DNA from: Vampirovibrionales bacterium
GTDB lineage: Bacteria; Cyanobacteriota; Vampirovibrionia; Vampirovibrionales; JAJTHC01
Assembly: GCA_044348005.1 (NCBI GenBank)
Contig: JBIKTR010000005.1
Coordinates: 11,991-75,990, forward strand
Length of the DNA stretch: 64,000 bases
Direction of reading: 5' to 3'
Position 1 is the stretch's first letter, and every line of letters starts with the position of its first letter. Positions 38,803 through 47,322 of the stretch are shown in pieces. A program made the position numbers and the translations under genes. The notes beneath the pieces are model-generated. The model saw nothing but the letters and a program-made list of their open reading frames with translations, did not search any database and was not told the DNA's origin.

Positions 38803-40074
38803 TTGACAGCTTTCCTTCAACCATTAAACGGCCGGTTTATAGGCGTGATGAGTGGCACTTCGCTTGATGCCGTGGATGTTGTGGTGGCGGATTTAGCCCT
38901 TTTGCCCGTGCAGAAAACGAAAAAAGATAAAGAAACGAAAGACTTAACGAAAGAAACTAAAAATAAAATATCTTTATTCTCTTTAGTTTCTTTCGTTTCT
39001 TTATTTTCTTTCGTTGAACGAAATATAAAACATTATGCGCACCCGTACCCTGAAAATCTAAAGAATCAAATACTCGATTTGCAAAAGGGCTCACGCCTTT
39101 CTTTAGCCCACTATGTGGACGTAGAAAAAGCACTGAGCCTGCTGTACGCTGAAGCGGTTGAAACGGCGCTAAGGCAGTGGCAGATTGAAAAATCGACTGT
39201 TGTGGCGGTGTGTAATCACGGCCAAACCGTGTTTCATCAACGGGATGAAACGGGTGATATGGGGACGATTCAACTGGGGGATGCGTCTCGCTTGGCTGAA
39301 ACACTCGGCATGCGAGTCGTCGCCGATTTTAGGCGCGGAGACATTGCCGTAGGGGGTCAAGGCGCGCCGTTACTGCCGTTTTATGACGCTTTACGCCTAA
39401 GTCAAGCCGAACAAACGATTGTGGCGCACAATTTAGGGGGCATTAGTAATGTAAGCGTTTTGCCCGCGCATGCCCTTGAAATGGATCCTTTTGCCTTTGA
39501 CACGGGACTGGCCAACCTCTGGATCGATCGTGCGATGCAGGCGTATTTTGGCAAGCCCTTCGACGAAGACGGCTCAATCGCGCGGCAGGGGAAACCGATA
39601 GAGGCACTGGTGACGGCTATTTTAGCGCATCCGTTTCATCAACAACACCCCCCCAAATCAACGGGGCGAGACGATTTTAGTGATGAAGCGTTGCATGCCC
39701 TTGTCCGTCAATACGCCAACGGGTCGAGCAAAGAAGCCATTGTCGCCAGTTTTACACACGCCACAGCGCTAAGCATGGTCAAGGCGTATCAAGCTTTTAT
39801 ACTGCCCCGCGTGGGCCACGTGGATGCCATTTTCATGAGTGGGGGAGGGGTTGATAACCGCTATTTAATCGAGTTATTTGAAACCTACTGGCAGCAGGAA
39901 GGGCTGGGTGTTTTGCCTGAACTGAAGCGAACGGAAGCGGTGGGCATCCCCAACAAAGCGAAAGAAGCACTGGGGTTTGCGTGGTTGGGTTGGGCCAAAT
40001 GGCACGGCTTACCGAACAATGTGCCGAGTTGCACAGGGGCGGGGGCCTATGTGTCTGGTGGCGTTATCTACTAA
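38803..40074 (+). CDS. anmK: Anhydro-N-acetylmuramic acid kinase with an in-frame repeat-element insertion
   Basis: GRFIGVMSGTSLDAVDVV N-terminus. Start assigned to an in-frame TTG just after the HAD stop; the ORF track starts at 38707 and the start is uncertain. The KETKDLTKETKNKISLFSLVSFVSLFSF insert is encoded by a palindromic element. Confidence 0.7.
   Translation: MTAFLQPLNGRFIGVMSGTSLDAVDVVVADLALLPVQKTKKDKETKDLTKETKNKISLFSLVSFVSLFSFVERNIKHYAHPYPENLKNQILDLQKGSRLSLAHYVDVEKALSLLYAEAVETALRQWQIEKSTVVAVCNHGQTVFHQRDETGDMGTIQLGDASRLAETLGMRVVADFRRGDIAVGGQGAPLLPFYDALRLSQAEQTIVAHNLGGISNVSVLPAHALEMDPFAFDTGLANLWIDRAMQAYFGKPFDEDGSIARQGKPIEALVTAILAHPFHQQHPPKSTGRDDFSDEALHALVRQYANGSSKEAIVASFTHATALSMVKAYQAFILPRVGHVDAIFMSGGGVDNRYLIELFETYWQQEGLGVLPELKRTEAVGIPNKAKEALGFAWLGWAKWHGLPNNVPSCTGAGAYVSGGVIY
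38912..39035. repeat. AT-rich ACGAAAGAAA-type palindromic element inserted in frame inside anmK
   Basis: aaagaaacgaaagacttaacgaaagaaactaaaaataaa paired with tttattctctttagtttctttcgtttctttattttctttcgtt. Confidence 0.75.
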
Positions 40075-40129
40075 TACCTATTAGTCGTTTAAATGGTATA
40101 GCGCTTTATAAATAAAAAGTGACTCGCCT

Positions 40130-40470
40130 TAAATGGTTGCACCAGCAGGCGTCCAAGCACTAAATCCGAGCGGGTGAGCGCACTGCGACCCCCGAGCGAT
40201 TTTGCGGACGTCGTGCAACGAGAATGATGCGAGGAGGTGGGTCAAAAGGGGGTGGATTTTCAAGGAGGGGGAAATGAGGGAGGAGAAACGCAATACGTCC
40301 TCCCTTCCCCCTCCTTGAACCGCCTTTGGGGGTTTGGGGAGTCTTTGGCGGCGCAAAGACCCCCAAGCACCAGCGTTAAAAGGAGCTAGAAAGCCACCCT
40401 CACCCCAGCCCTCTCCCAGAGGGAGAGGGGGCTTTGTTCCTTCTCCCAGAGGGAGAGGGAGTAAAACCCC
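40130..40470. repeat. Composite GC-rich repeat block: a ~150-bp unit (40231-40385, about 90% identical to 51209-51360) plus two CCCTCTCCCAGAGGGAGAGGG hairpins
   Basis: Direct alignment of both loci. ORFs predicted inside (40129..40366) are judged artefacts. Confidence 0.8.
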
Positions 40471-40598
40471 AATCGCGTCTGGCGTCCTAAAAAGGCTTTA
40501 AAGTTTTTCGTAAAACGGTCGAAACAAGGGGATAGCTCGTAGCGTTTTTAACGTATAAATGCGACAAAACAGCCTCACACATAGAAGGTTTTCTGTGA

Positions 40599-41261
40599 AT
40601 GCGTAACGCTTGGATTCATTTATTTCACCCAAAACGATTTCGTTCAAAACGCGCCTTTTCACTGATTGAAATGTTTGTTTCACTCGGTTTGCTGGCCGTT
40701 ATTTCCGTGAGTGTTATGCAAGTGTTGCGTTCGGCGATTGAACAAACGCAAAATACCCGCATGCGTATTCATCAAGCCACGGTGTTAAATACGTTTATCA
40801 CTTTTTTTAAGGCCGACGCCAACAATGCCACCCGCATTGCGTGGGATCAAGTCGACCATAATTGGATCGCCTTTGAAAACGATCAAACCGTGATTCGCTA
40901 TAGTATTCAGCCACAAAGCGCTTTTTTAGATCGTGATGTGTTTGTGAGAGAAGCCTTGATTAAAACAGCCCCTTTGCCGTATGTGATTACGTCAAGTTCT
41001 GCCATGCCCACGACTTTTGACCCGCCTGATGTACCGATGACGAACTTCATGCCTGCTGAATATGCCAGTCACATTGATTTTCGCTGCGAAGACCCTTGCT
41101 TTGATTTTCAAGCAGGGTTTCGCGTGCAATGGAATGAACCACAGGTGGAAACCGTCAGCAGTAACCCGTATGATAGCATGGTTTCCATTGTATTTGGGGA
41201 AATGGGGCATCGGCACCCAGTGGTGTTGGTCTTCAAAACACTCACCGTGCCGATTCTTTAA
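40599..41261 (+). CDS. Pseudopilin/prepilin-like protein (N-terminal cleavage/methylation-type motif)
   Basis: KRAFSLIEMFVSLGLLAVISV has F+1, E+5 and a hydrophobic helix. The leader is unusually long and has Ala at -1. Confidence 0.4.
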   Translation: MRNAWIHLFHPKRFRSKRAFSLIEMFVSLGLLAVISVSVMQVLRSAIEQTQNTRMRIHQATVLNTFITFFKADANNATRIAWDQVDHNWIAFENDQTVIRYSIQPQSAFLDRDVFVREALIKTAPLPYVITSSSAMPTTFDPPDVPMTNFMPAEYASHIDFRCEDPCFDFQAGFRVQWNEPQVETVSSNPYDSMVSIVFGEMGHRHPVVLVFKTLTVPIL

Positions 41262-41320
41262 ATATACATTTGATATTATTTAATTCTTGTAGTATACTAG
41301 TGCAGTAAGCCCTCTCTGCC

Positions 41321-43204
41321 GTGTTCAACTTTCGGGTTGAACCCCCTATCGTACAAGTGATGCTCTCTATGTCTAACCCCTTTCTGCTTTCTACCGTGTT
41401 TTCTCGCTTGCCTTTTTATGCGCCAAAAAGCACCCCTGCCCAAGAAACTCAAGATTCTACGGCAGATCAACTTCGCTGGTTTAGTCAATTACAAAACGCC
41501 TTTTCCGAAAAACCCGAACAAAAAAAAGCCTTGCTTCACCTATGGAACAAGGGGGTGTTGAGTGACCACAAGGGAGACGATGCCCATTCAACGCTTTTCT
41601 ACCTCAATAAACGCTTACAAGAACCGTGCCTACCCGGTTTGGATCCCCTGCAAACGGTGGAAGAAACCGTCAACTTATTGGCCGATTCTTCGCGGCTGAC
41701 TCAGCACATCAGCCCTCTGAATCAAACCCACCTGCTGGCCATGATGTCAAGCTACCACAACGAGAACGATTCACCTTACCAGCAACAAGCCTTGCCCATT
41801 CCGCAATCCACGCAAGAAGTACAACGCACGCAACTCAATAGTTGTAGCGTACTGGCTGAAATCGGGCGTTTGGTGGACACTCAACCCAAAGAAGTGGCAC
41901 GCATGGTGTATGAAGCGTCAAACCCCACGCAAGACCTTCACGAAATCGTCCACGCCGAAGAACTTTTCCCCGATGCTCCCATTCTGGCCGAACAAGTCTT
42001 AAAAGACTTAAACTTGGACTACCACGTTTTAGATGAAGAGACTCCTTCAAATACAACGGCGCCCACCCGTTTTCGAGTGTCGCTGCCTGTGCCTCATCTT
42101 GGGGTGATTCGTGCCATGAACGCCCAAGCCCTTAAGGATCCCGCAAGCGCTTCAGGCGCCGAATTGCTCTTGGAAGAAGCCCTGCTGTACAATTTTACGT
42201 CCAAAAGCTATGACGCCGGCCGTGACACACGCGATGCCTTGGCTTTGACAAGCGCTGAAATCAACAAAACCCCCAGCCTTACGGTGAAAGACAAGGCCGC
42301 GCTCAATCAACTCATCAACCAAAGCCCGCGGCGCCCAGATCAAGCAAAAGCAGCGATTAAGGGCTATTTAGACTCCATTCAAACCGCTCACCCCGCAGAA
42401 CTTCACGCCCTGTATGCCAGCCTAGAACAAAGCAGTGCGGGCCTTACGCAAGAAGAACAACTGATGATGGAACGCATTTTTGAAGATGACATGGCGCTTG
42501 AAAATGTGACGTATCATCACGTGGGGCAACGAAACGCGAACCCTTCTAAAGCGGTTGAACAACCCGCTGCTTCGTCAGTTTCGAACCCGCCCCCACACGT
42601 GCTACTGGGCTATACCAAGCCTTTTTCGGCTATTAAGCAAGATTTACTCATCGGCTTAGAAAGTCCGCTCACCCAAGTCTTGGCCAACGTGGTTGAACCC
42701 AAGGGAGACGGTTCGTTTGACAAGGGCCACGTGGTTAGAGTGGTGGCGTCTCGCCCTAGTCCGCTGAAAATCCCTCAATTCAACAGCACTGATTTTCTCG
42801 TGCAAGACACTTCCCTGCCTTCAAATGCCCAAGGCAAGGGCAATAATCGCTTGCAATGGTGGCATGAAAGTCAGCTCATTCCGCGTATTCACCACATTAC
42901 CGAAGCCCAACGCGACGCTGAACAAGCCTGGGCGTCCATGACACCCGCCACCGCGGAACACCCCTATGGGTTATTGAATGCCGAACAAGCCAACGACACC
43001 CGCTACACGCTTGATTTCATTACGCCTTCGCCCAATGGCACCCAAGTGCTTGAAACGCCCGAAGCGTTTCATCGACGTGTGCATGATTATCGTCACCAAC
43101 AGGCCAAGCAGGTGGAAGAAGACCTTAGGGAAAAGCAGGGTGGTCCCAGCCAAAGCAAGACAGAAAATAGCCCGGTCCTATGGGGCGCAGCACCCCGCGC
43201 TTAA
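41321..43204 (+). CDS. Hypothetical large protein
   Basis: 627-aa ORF with no recognisable domain. Confidence 0.4.
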   Translation: MFNFRVEPPIVQVMLSMSNPFLLSTVFSRLPFYAPKSTPAQETQDSTADQLRWFSQLQNAFSEKPEQKKALLHLWNKGVLSDHKGDDAHSTLFYLNKRLQEPCLPGLDPLQTVEETVNLLADSSRLTQHISPLNQTHLLAMMSSYHNENDSPYQQQALPIPQSTQEVQRTQLNSCSVLAEIGRLVDTQPKEVARMVYEASNPTQDLHEIVHAEELFPDAPILAEQVLKDLNLDYHVLDEETPSNTTAPTRFRVSLPVPHLGVIRAMNAQALKDPASASGAELLLEEALLYNFTSKSYDAGRDTRDALALTSAEINKTPSLTVKDKAALNQLINQSPRRPDQAKAAIKGYLDSIQTAHPAELHALYASLEQSSAGLTQEEQLMMERIFEDDMALENVTYHHVGQRNANPSKAVEQPAASSVSNPPPHVLLGYTKPFSAIKQDLLIGLESPLTQVLANVVEPKGDGSFDKGHVVRVVASRPSPLKIPQFNSTDFLVQDTSLPSNAQGKGNNRLQWWHESQLIPRIHHITEAQRDAEQAWASMTPATAEHPYGLLNAEQANDTRYTLDFITPSPNGTQVLETPEAFHRRVHDYRHQQAKQVEEDLREKQGGPSQSKTENSPVLWGAAPRA

Positions 43205-43721
43205 CCAAGTAGGAAAGGCGAGGGTAGACGTCTGAAAGTTTGGAGTTTTCGAAGGTTTTGCCTTGGGGGGTGCGAATGTTTTGTTCAATTAGGTAGGCGC
43301 GTACTTCGGCGGTGCTTGCTTTTCCGCCGTTTAGCACAACGGCGCGAAACAGTTCGTAGTTCATGGATTGGCGGTGTCGTAGAACGGCATCTGCCTGTTG
43401 GAAGGCCAGCTCAGGCAAAAACACCCCGCTCGATTCTGGCGCAAGCATCGTTTGAAACGTAGGCTCTGAAGGATCCAGCAAATACGCCGAAGGTTTTGGG
43501 TGCGAGTGATGGGATTGTCTCAATTCCACAGGTTTTTTTAGCAAGTGTAATAAGTGCCCCAGGCTGGCTTGAAAGGCTTCTAACTGCAATACTTTTTCAT
43601 GCAAATCGTCGATTTCTTCAACGTAGCCCGTGAGTAATTTAATGCGTTTTTGCACTTCAGCAAGTTCTTCTTTGCTTTGGGCTAACAATTCGGTGAGGTT
43701 TTGGGCATCCACAATAGACAT
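43125..43721 (-). CDS. Hypothetical coiled-coil / winged-helix-like protein
   Basis: N-terminal coiled coil and a C-terminal segment that may be a winged helix. Overlaps 41321..43204 convergently by 80 bp. Confidence 0.35.
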   Translation of the reverse strand: MSIVDAQNLTELLAQSKEELAEVQKRIKLLTGYVEEIDDLHEKVLQLEAFQASLGHLLHLLKKPVELRQSHHSHPKPSAYLLDPSEPTFQTMLAPESSGVFLPELAFQQADAVLRHRQSMNYELFRAVVLNGGKASTAEVRAYLIEQNIRTPQGKTFENSKLSDVYPRLSYLVKRGVLRPIGPGYFLSCFGWDHPAFP

Positions 43722-43747
43722 TCATCATTTCCTTTAAACGCAAGATT

Positions 43748-43930
43748 CTTTTCTTTAGTTTAGCATAGTTTTTCAAAAAATACGCTATAAAACGAAAGAA
43801 AATAAAGAAACGAAACAAACGAAAGAAAACGACCTAAAACTAAAGAAAAACGAAAGATAACGAAAGAAAGCTAAACAAAACGAAAGAAAACTATAAAAAA
43901 TAAATAAAACGAAAGAAAATAAAGAAGAAG
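43748..43930. repeat. Intergenic copy of the AT-rich ACGAAAGAAA palindromic element (tandem degenerate 11-mers)
   Basis: aaacgaaagaaaataaagaaacgaaacaaacgaaagaaaacga…cgaaagataacgaaagaaag…aaacgaaagaaaataaagaa, with the complementary arm ctttagttt at the 5' end. Confidence 0.8.
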
Positions 43931-43987
43931 CCCGACAAGGCAAAATAGGCTACACTATAAAAATATCTCACCCTAGAGGAAACGCCG

Positions 43988-44989
43988 ATGCCCACTGTCG
44001 CTTTTTTAGATCAAGCCCATCTGCCCGAGTTTACCCCCCTGTACGACGCCTTTCAACGAGAGGCCACCCTGCTTTACCAGTGGCATCACTCCCCACTCGA
44101 TTTACAAGACTTGTGGCAACGGCTCCCCCAAAACGACTTGGGCGTCTTGCTTTTGAAAGATGATGAGCATACGGTTGTGGGGTTTTGGTTCTATGCCTTT
44201 CCGCCTCATGGGGCGTTGGAAATGTCGGTTTTTTATTTGAAAGATGGCTTTTTACCTAGTGAAGACTGGGTGAAAGACGCCTTTCAACAAGCCTTTCACG
44301 CATGGAAGACTCTGGATCACTGGCAAGACTTTAGCTTTGGCATTTATGGCCTTCAAACCCAGTGGGCAAAGGCTTTAGAAGGGCTTGTCGTCAACGGATG
44401 CTCCCCAATTGGGCTGGCAGAACAGCACATTTTACGACGAGACATTATCGCTGGTGACGCCCTGCCGATTTTGAATCTCTATAAAACGCCTGTCTTCCCT
44501 TATGCGATTCATCCGTGGAAAGACAAGTACCAAGCGGGTTTGGCGGTTGCTCTTGCCGCCGCTTTTAAAGACGAGCCCGACGCCTTGTGGGACGCTCGCT
44601 TTCGCAGTGAAGCAGGTGCGAAAGAGGTGTTGACGCTCATTGAAACGCATCAATTCGGGCAGTTTCACCCTAAATTGACCTATGTCGTGCTGGACGAACG
44701 CCGAAAGCCAGTACCTGTGGGAGCCATTTTCTTGTTGCAAGGTGAGGTGGACACGGTGAACATCCCCTTGTTTTTTGTGCATCCTAATCATCAAGGCAAG
44801 GGCTTGGCGAAAATGCTGATGCTCAACTTCATGCAGGGCTTGATTCAAGCGGTGCATGCCAAGCAGTTGGGGGCGACTTCGGTGAATGCGACGACGAACC
44901 CTGTGCAGGTCAAGGCGTTGAAGGTCTACACCGACTTGGGCTTTACCCTCCATGAAGCGGGCTTTCACGCCTATAGCAGTAAGGGGTGA
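43988..44989 (+). CDS. Hypothetical protein with C-terminal GNAT-like acetyltransferase motif
   Basis: VHPNHQGKGLAKMLM (a Q/RxxGxG/A-like acetyl-CoA binding motif). Confidence 0.4.
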   Translation: MPTVAFLDQAHLPEFTPLYDAFQREATLLYQWHHSPLDLQDLWQRLPQNDLGVLLLKDDEHTVVGFWFYAFPPHGALEMSVFYLKDGFLPSEDWVKDAFQQAFHAWKTLDHWQDFSFGIYGLQTQWAKALEGLVVNGCSPIGLAEQHILRRDIIAGDALPILNLYKTPVFPYAIHPWKDKYQAGLAVALAAAFKDEPDALWDARFRSEAGAKEVLTLIETHQFGQFHPKLTYVVLDERRKPVPVGAIFLLQGEVDTVNIPLFFVHPNHQGKGLAKMLMLNFMQGLIQAVHAKQLGATSVNATTNPVQVKALKVYTDLGFTLHEAGFHAYSSKG

Positions 44990-45063
44990 AAGACTATATT
45001 CAAGCAAACTGCTTGACAAAATAAGAAAAAGTTTCTATACTAAGATAGTATAAGGAGTTACTT

Positions 45064-45336
45064 ATGACCGTCGTAGGTGTTTCAAAACAAGCCATTAAAG
45101 ACTTAAATAAGGCTCCTTCAAACATTCAGATTAAGTTTGCCACTTGGAAATTAGCGGTTGAAGTTCAAGGGATTGAAATCGTACGTCAACGTTCAGGCTT
45201 TCATGACGAACCCTTGAAAGGAAAACGTAAAGGGCAACGTTCCGTAAGGCTAAACAAGCAGTGGCGTGTGATTTATGTCGAAGTCAATGAAATCCTTAAC
45301 ATTACCGTATTGGAGGTGAATCCGCATGACTACTAA
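45064..45336 (+). CDS. higB: HigB-like toxin (paralog of 31895..32167)
   Basis: LKGKRKGQRSVRLNKQWRVIYVE. Lies upstream of and overlapping the HTH antitoxin. Confidence 0.65.
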   Translation: MTVVGVSKQAIKDLNKAPSNIQIKFATWKLAVEVQGIEIVRQRSGFHDEPLKGKRKGQRSVRLNKQWRVIYVEVNEILNITVLEVNPHDY

Positions 45337-45640
45337 AGATGAACTCGGCCACGAACTCGGGGACTATGTTCCGCCTAAGCTGACGATTGGTCAAGTGATT
45401 AAGGCACATCGTGAATGCGAAGACTGGACGCTTGAAGAAGCGGCAAAAAAGTTGGGTATTTCTAAACAAGCCTTGCACCAGTACGAAACAGGTCAAAGGC
45501 TCCCCAGTAGTGAACAAACCATTCGCTTGGCGGAAGCGTTGGGATCTTCCCCTGAAGCGTGGCTGATTTACCGCATTGAAACTGAACTTGAAAAGCACGG
45601 CATGTTTTACAAAGTTCGACTAGAAAGACGTCCAGCCTAA
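45326..45640 (+). CDS. higA: HigA-like HTH (XRE) antitoxin
   Basis: HTH segment TLEEAAKKLGISKQALHQYETGQRLP. Confidence 0.65.
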   Translation: MTTKDELGHELGDYVPPKLTIGQVIKAHRECEDWTLEEAAKKLGISKQALHQYETGQRLPSSEQTIRLAEALGSSPEAWLIYRIETELEKHGMFYKVRLERRPA

Positions 45641-45654
45641 AGTCTAAAAACATA

Positions 45655-45750
45655 CCGTCATTGCGAGCGTAGCGTGGCAGTCTGTAGAGATTCCGTAAGT
45701 GGTGAACAGATTGCTTCACATGCGTTCGCAATGACAACGCTCCACTTTTA
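45655..45750. repeat. Imperfect palindrome (arms GTCATTGCGAGCG / CGTTCGCAATGAC). Its first 24 nt recur, inverted, at 51112..51135
   Basis: ccgtcattgcgagcgtagcgtggc versus the reverse complement of gccacgctatgctcgcaatgacgg (23 of 24 identical). Confidence 0.7.
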
Positions 45751-45786
45751 AGCTAGAATATATCTAAACTAAAGGAGGGCGTTTAT

Positions 45787-47154
45787 ATGAACTGGATTTT
45801 TCTACTAAGCGGTGTGGCACTTGGGGCGTTGGTGAGCTATCTTATTTTTCAGGCCCACGCGAATCAACGTATCACCACGATTCAAGCTCAAGCCAACGAA
45901 AAAGACTTGCACCTGGTGCGCCTTGAAGAACAACGCCAGCATCTGCAAAACGAACTGGCGACGTCAAAAGAACAGGCTCAACAGTATTATGACGATCTCG
46001 CTCTCAAGCAAGATGCCTTGGCGAGCGAAAAAGAAGCCAATGCGTCCTTGAAAAGCCAAGTGGACTCATGGCAAGCGCGCTTTAGTGAATCGAAAACGGA
46101 ATGGGAAACCGTGTGGAAGGAAAATCTGCAACACTTTTTAAGCCAAGAACTGATGCAAACCCGTGAACAGCTCAACAAACTGGCGCAAGTGGAAGATGAA
46201 GAACGGCATCAACGCTTTAGCGGACTGGTGGATCCTGTGAAAAAGATGCTCGACGAGTACCAAGCCAAGCTCGATGCGATGAACACGGCCTATGCCACGC
46301 AAATCGGGATTGTCAATAACAATGTGGACAAACTCACTTCGGCGAAAAACCAGTTGCTTTCTGTGTTAAAGCATAATAAGGGGGCGGGCGATTGGGGTGA
46401 AATTCAGCTCAACATGATTTTAGAAGCGTCTGGCTTGCAAAAAGACACCCACTATTTCACGCAAAAAAAGCTCGAAGGCAGTAAAGGCATCCCTGATGTG
46501 GTGGTGAAAATGGAGCAGGAACGCTATGTGGTGATTGATTGTAAAACGCTCCGTTTTTCGAGCAAGCCCTTCCATGACTTTGAGCAAGACGAAGCTGAAG
46601 TTGCCAGCGAACCGACGTTCACCGATGCCAAGGCGCTGGTAAACTCGATTCGGCAAGCCGTGAAAAGCCTTAATTTGAAGGATTACCTTCAAAATAACAC
46701 GAAGCAAACGCCTGATTTTGTGGTGATGTTTCTGCCTCAAGAATCGATGCTGTCTCACGCGTTGGACGAAGACAAGGACTTGTGGCAATTTGCGTGGGAA
46801 AAGGGCGTCGTGTTGAGTTCACCGCTGACGCTGATTGCGCTGTTGCGGATGATCCACATGGGCTGGAGCCAATACCACTTCACCCAAAACATGGAAGAAG
46901 TGAAAAAAATTGGCCTTGAACTGCACGAGCGTTTGGTGCGACTGGCCAAAAGTCTCCATGCGGTAGATGAAAAATACAAGCACTTGGGCGAGGCGCTTCA
47001 AGATGTTAAAATCAAGCATGATGGTCAGCAAGGGCTGCTTAAAAGCATTCGCAAGCTTGAAAACATTGGGGTGAAATCGTCCGCCGTGGTGCCGAAAGAA
47101 CTCACGGTGGTGGAAGAAGCGTCCCCGTTGGCTTTAGAAACACTGCCAGTTTAG
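45787..47154 (+). CDS. rmuC: DNA recombination protein RmuC
   Basis: N-terminal TM segment, a long coiled coil, and a conserved RmuC C-terminal domain. Confidence 0.75.
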   Translation: MNWIFLLSGVALGALVSYLIFQAHANQRITTIQAQANEKDLHLVRLEEQRQHLQNELATSKEQAQQYYDDLALKQDALASEKEANASLKSQVDSWQARFSESKTEWETVWKENLQHFLSQELMQTREQLNKLAQVEDEERHQRFSGLVDPVKKMLDEYQAKLDAMNTAYATQIGIVNNNVDKLTSAKNQLLSVLKHNKGAGDWGEIQLNMILEASGLQKDTHYFTQKKLEGSKGIPDVVVKMEQERYVVIDCKTLRFSSKPFHDFEQDEAEVASEPTFTDAKALVNSIRQAVKSLNLKDYLQNNTKQTPDFVVMFLPQESMLSHALDEDKDLWQFAWEKGVVLSSPLTLIALLRMIHMGWSQYHFTQNMEEVKKIGLELHERLVRLAKSLHAVDEKYKHLGEALQDVKIKHDGQQGLLKSIRKLENIGVKSSAVVPKELTVVEEASPLALETLPV

Positions 47155-47322
47155 AAGCCACCTAAGCGTCTTATACCGCTTAAACGTCTCAATTAATTTT
47201 TAACTTGGCCATTTTAATCAAATCGCCTATAATATAGAGGACATTCAACAAAAAGAACAGACTAAAAACTTGAACCTGTGTATACTGTAGGTATTACCAT
47301 TCAGTAAAGGATTCTGCTGCTC

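Noticed and set aside
40129-40366. Small ORFs 40129..40356 and 40160..40366, and the similar ORFs at 50855..51392
   Set aside because: They are embedded in GC-rich repeat elements that recur in non-coding contexts. Their Gly/Pro/Arg-rich translations are typical of a spurious GC-rich frame.
44432-45019. 195-aa minus-strand ORF
   Set aside because: It is entirely antisense to the better-supported 43988..44989 gene. It is His/Arg-rich with no motif.
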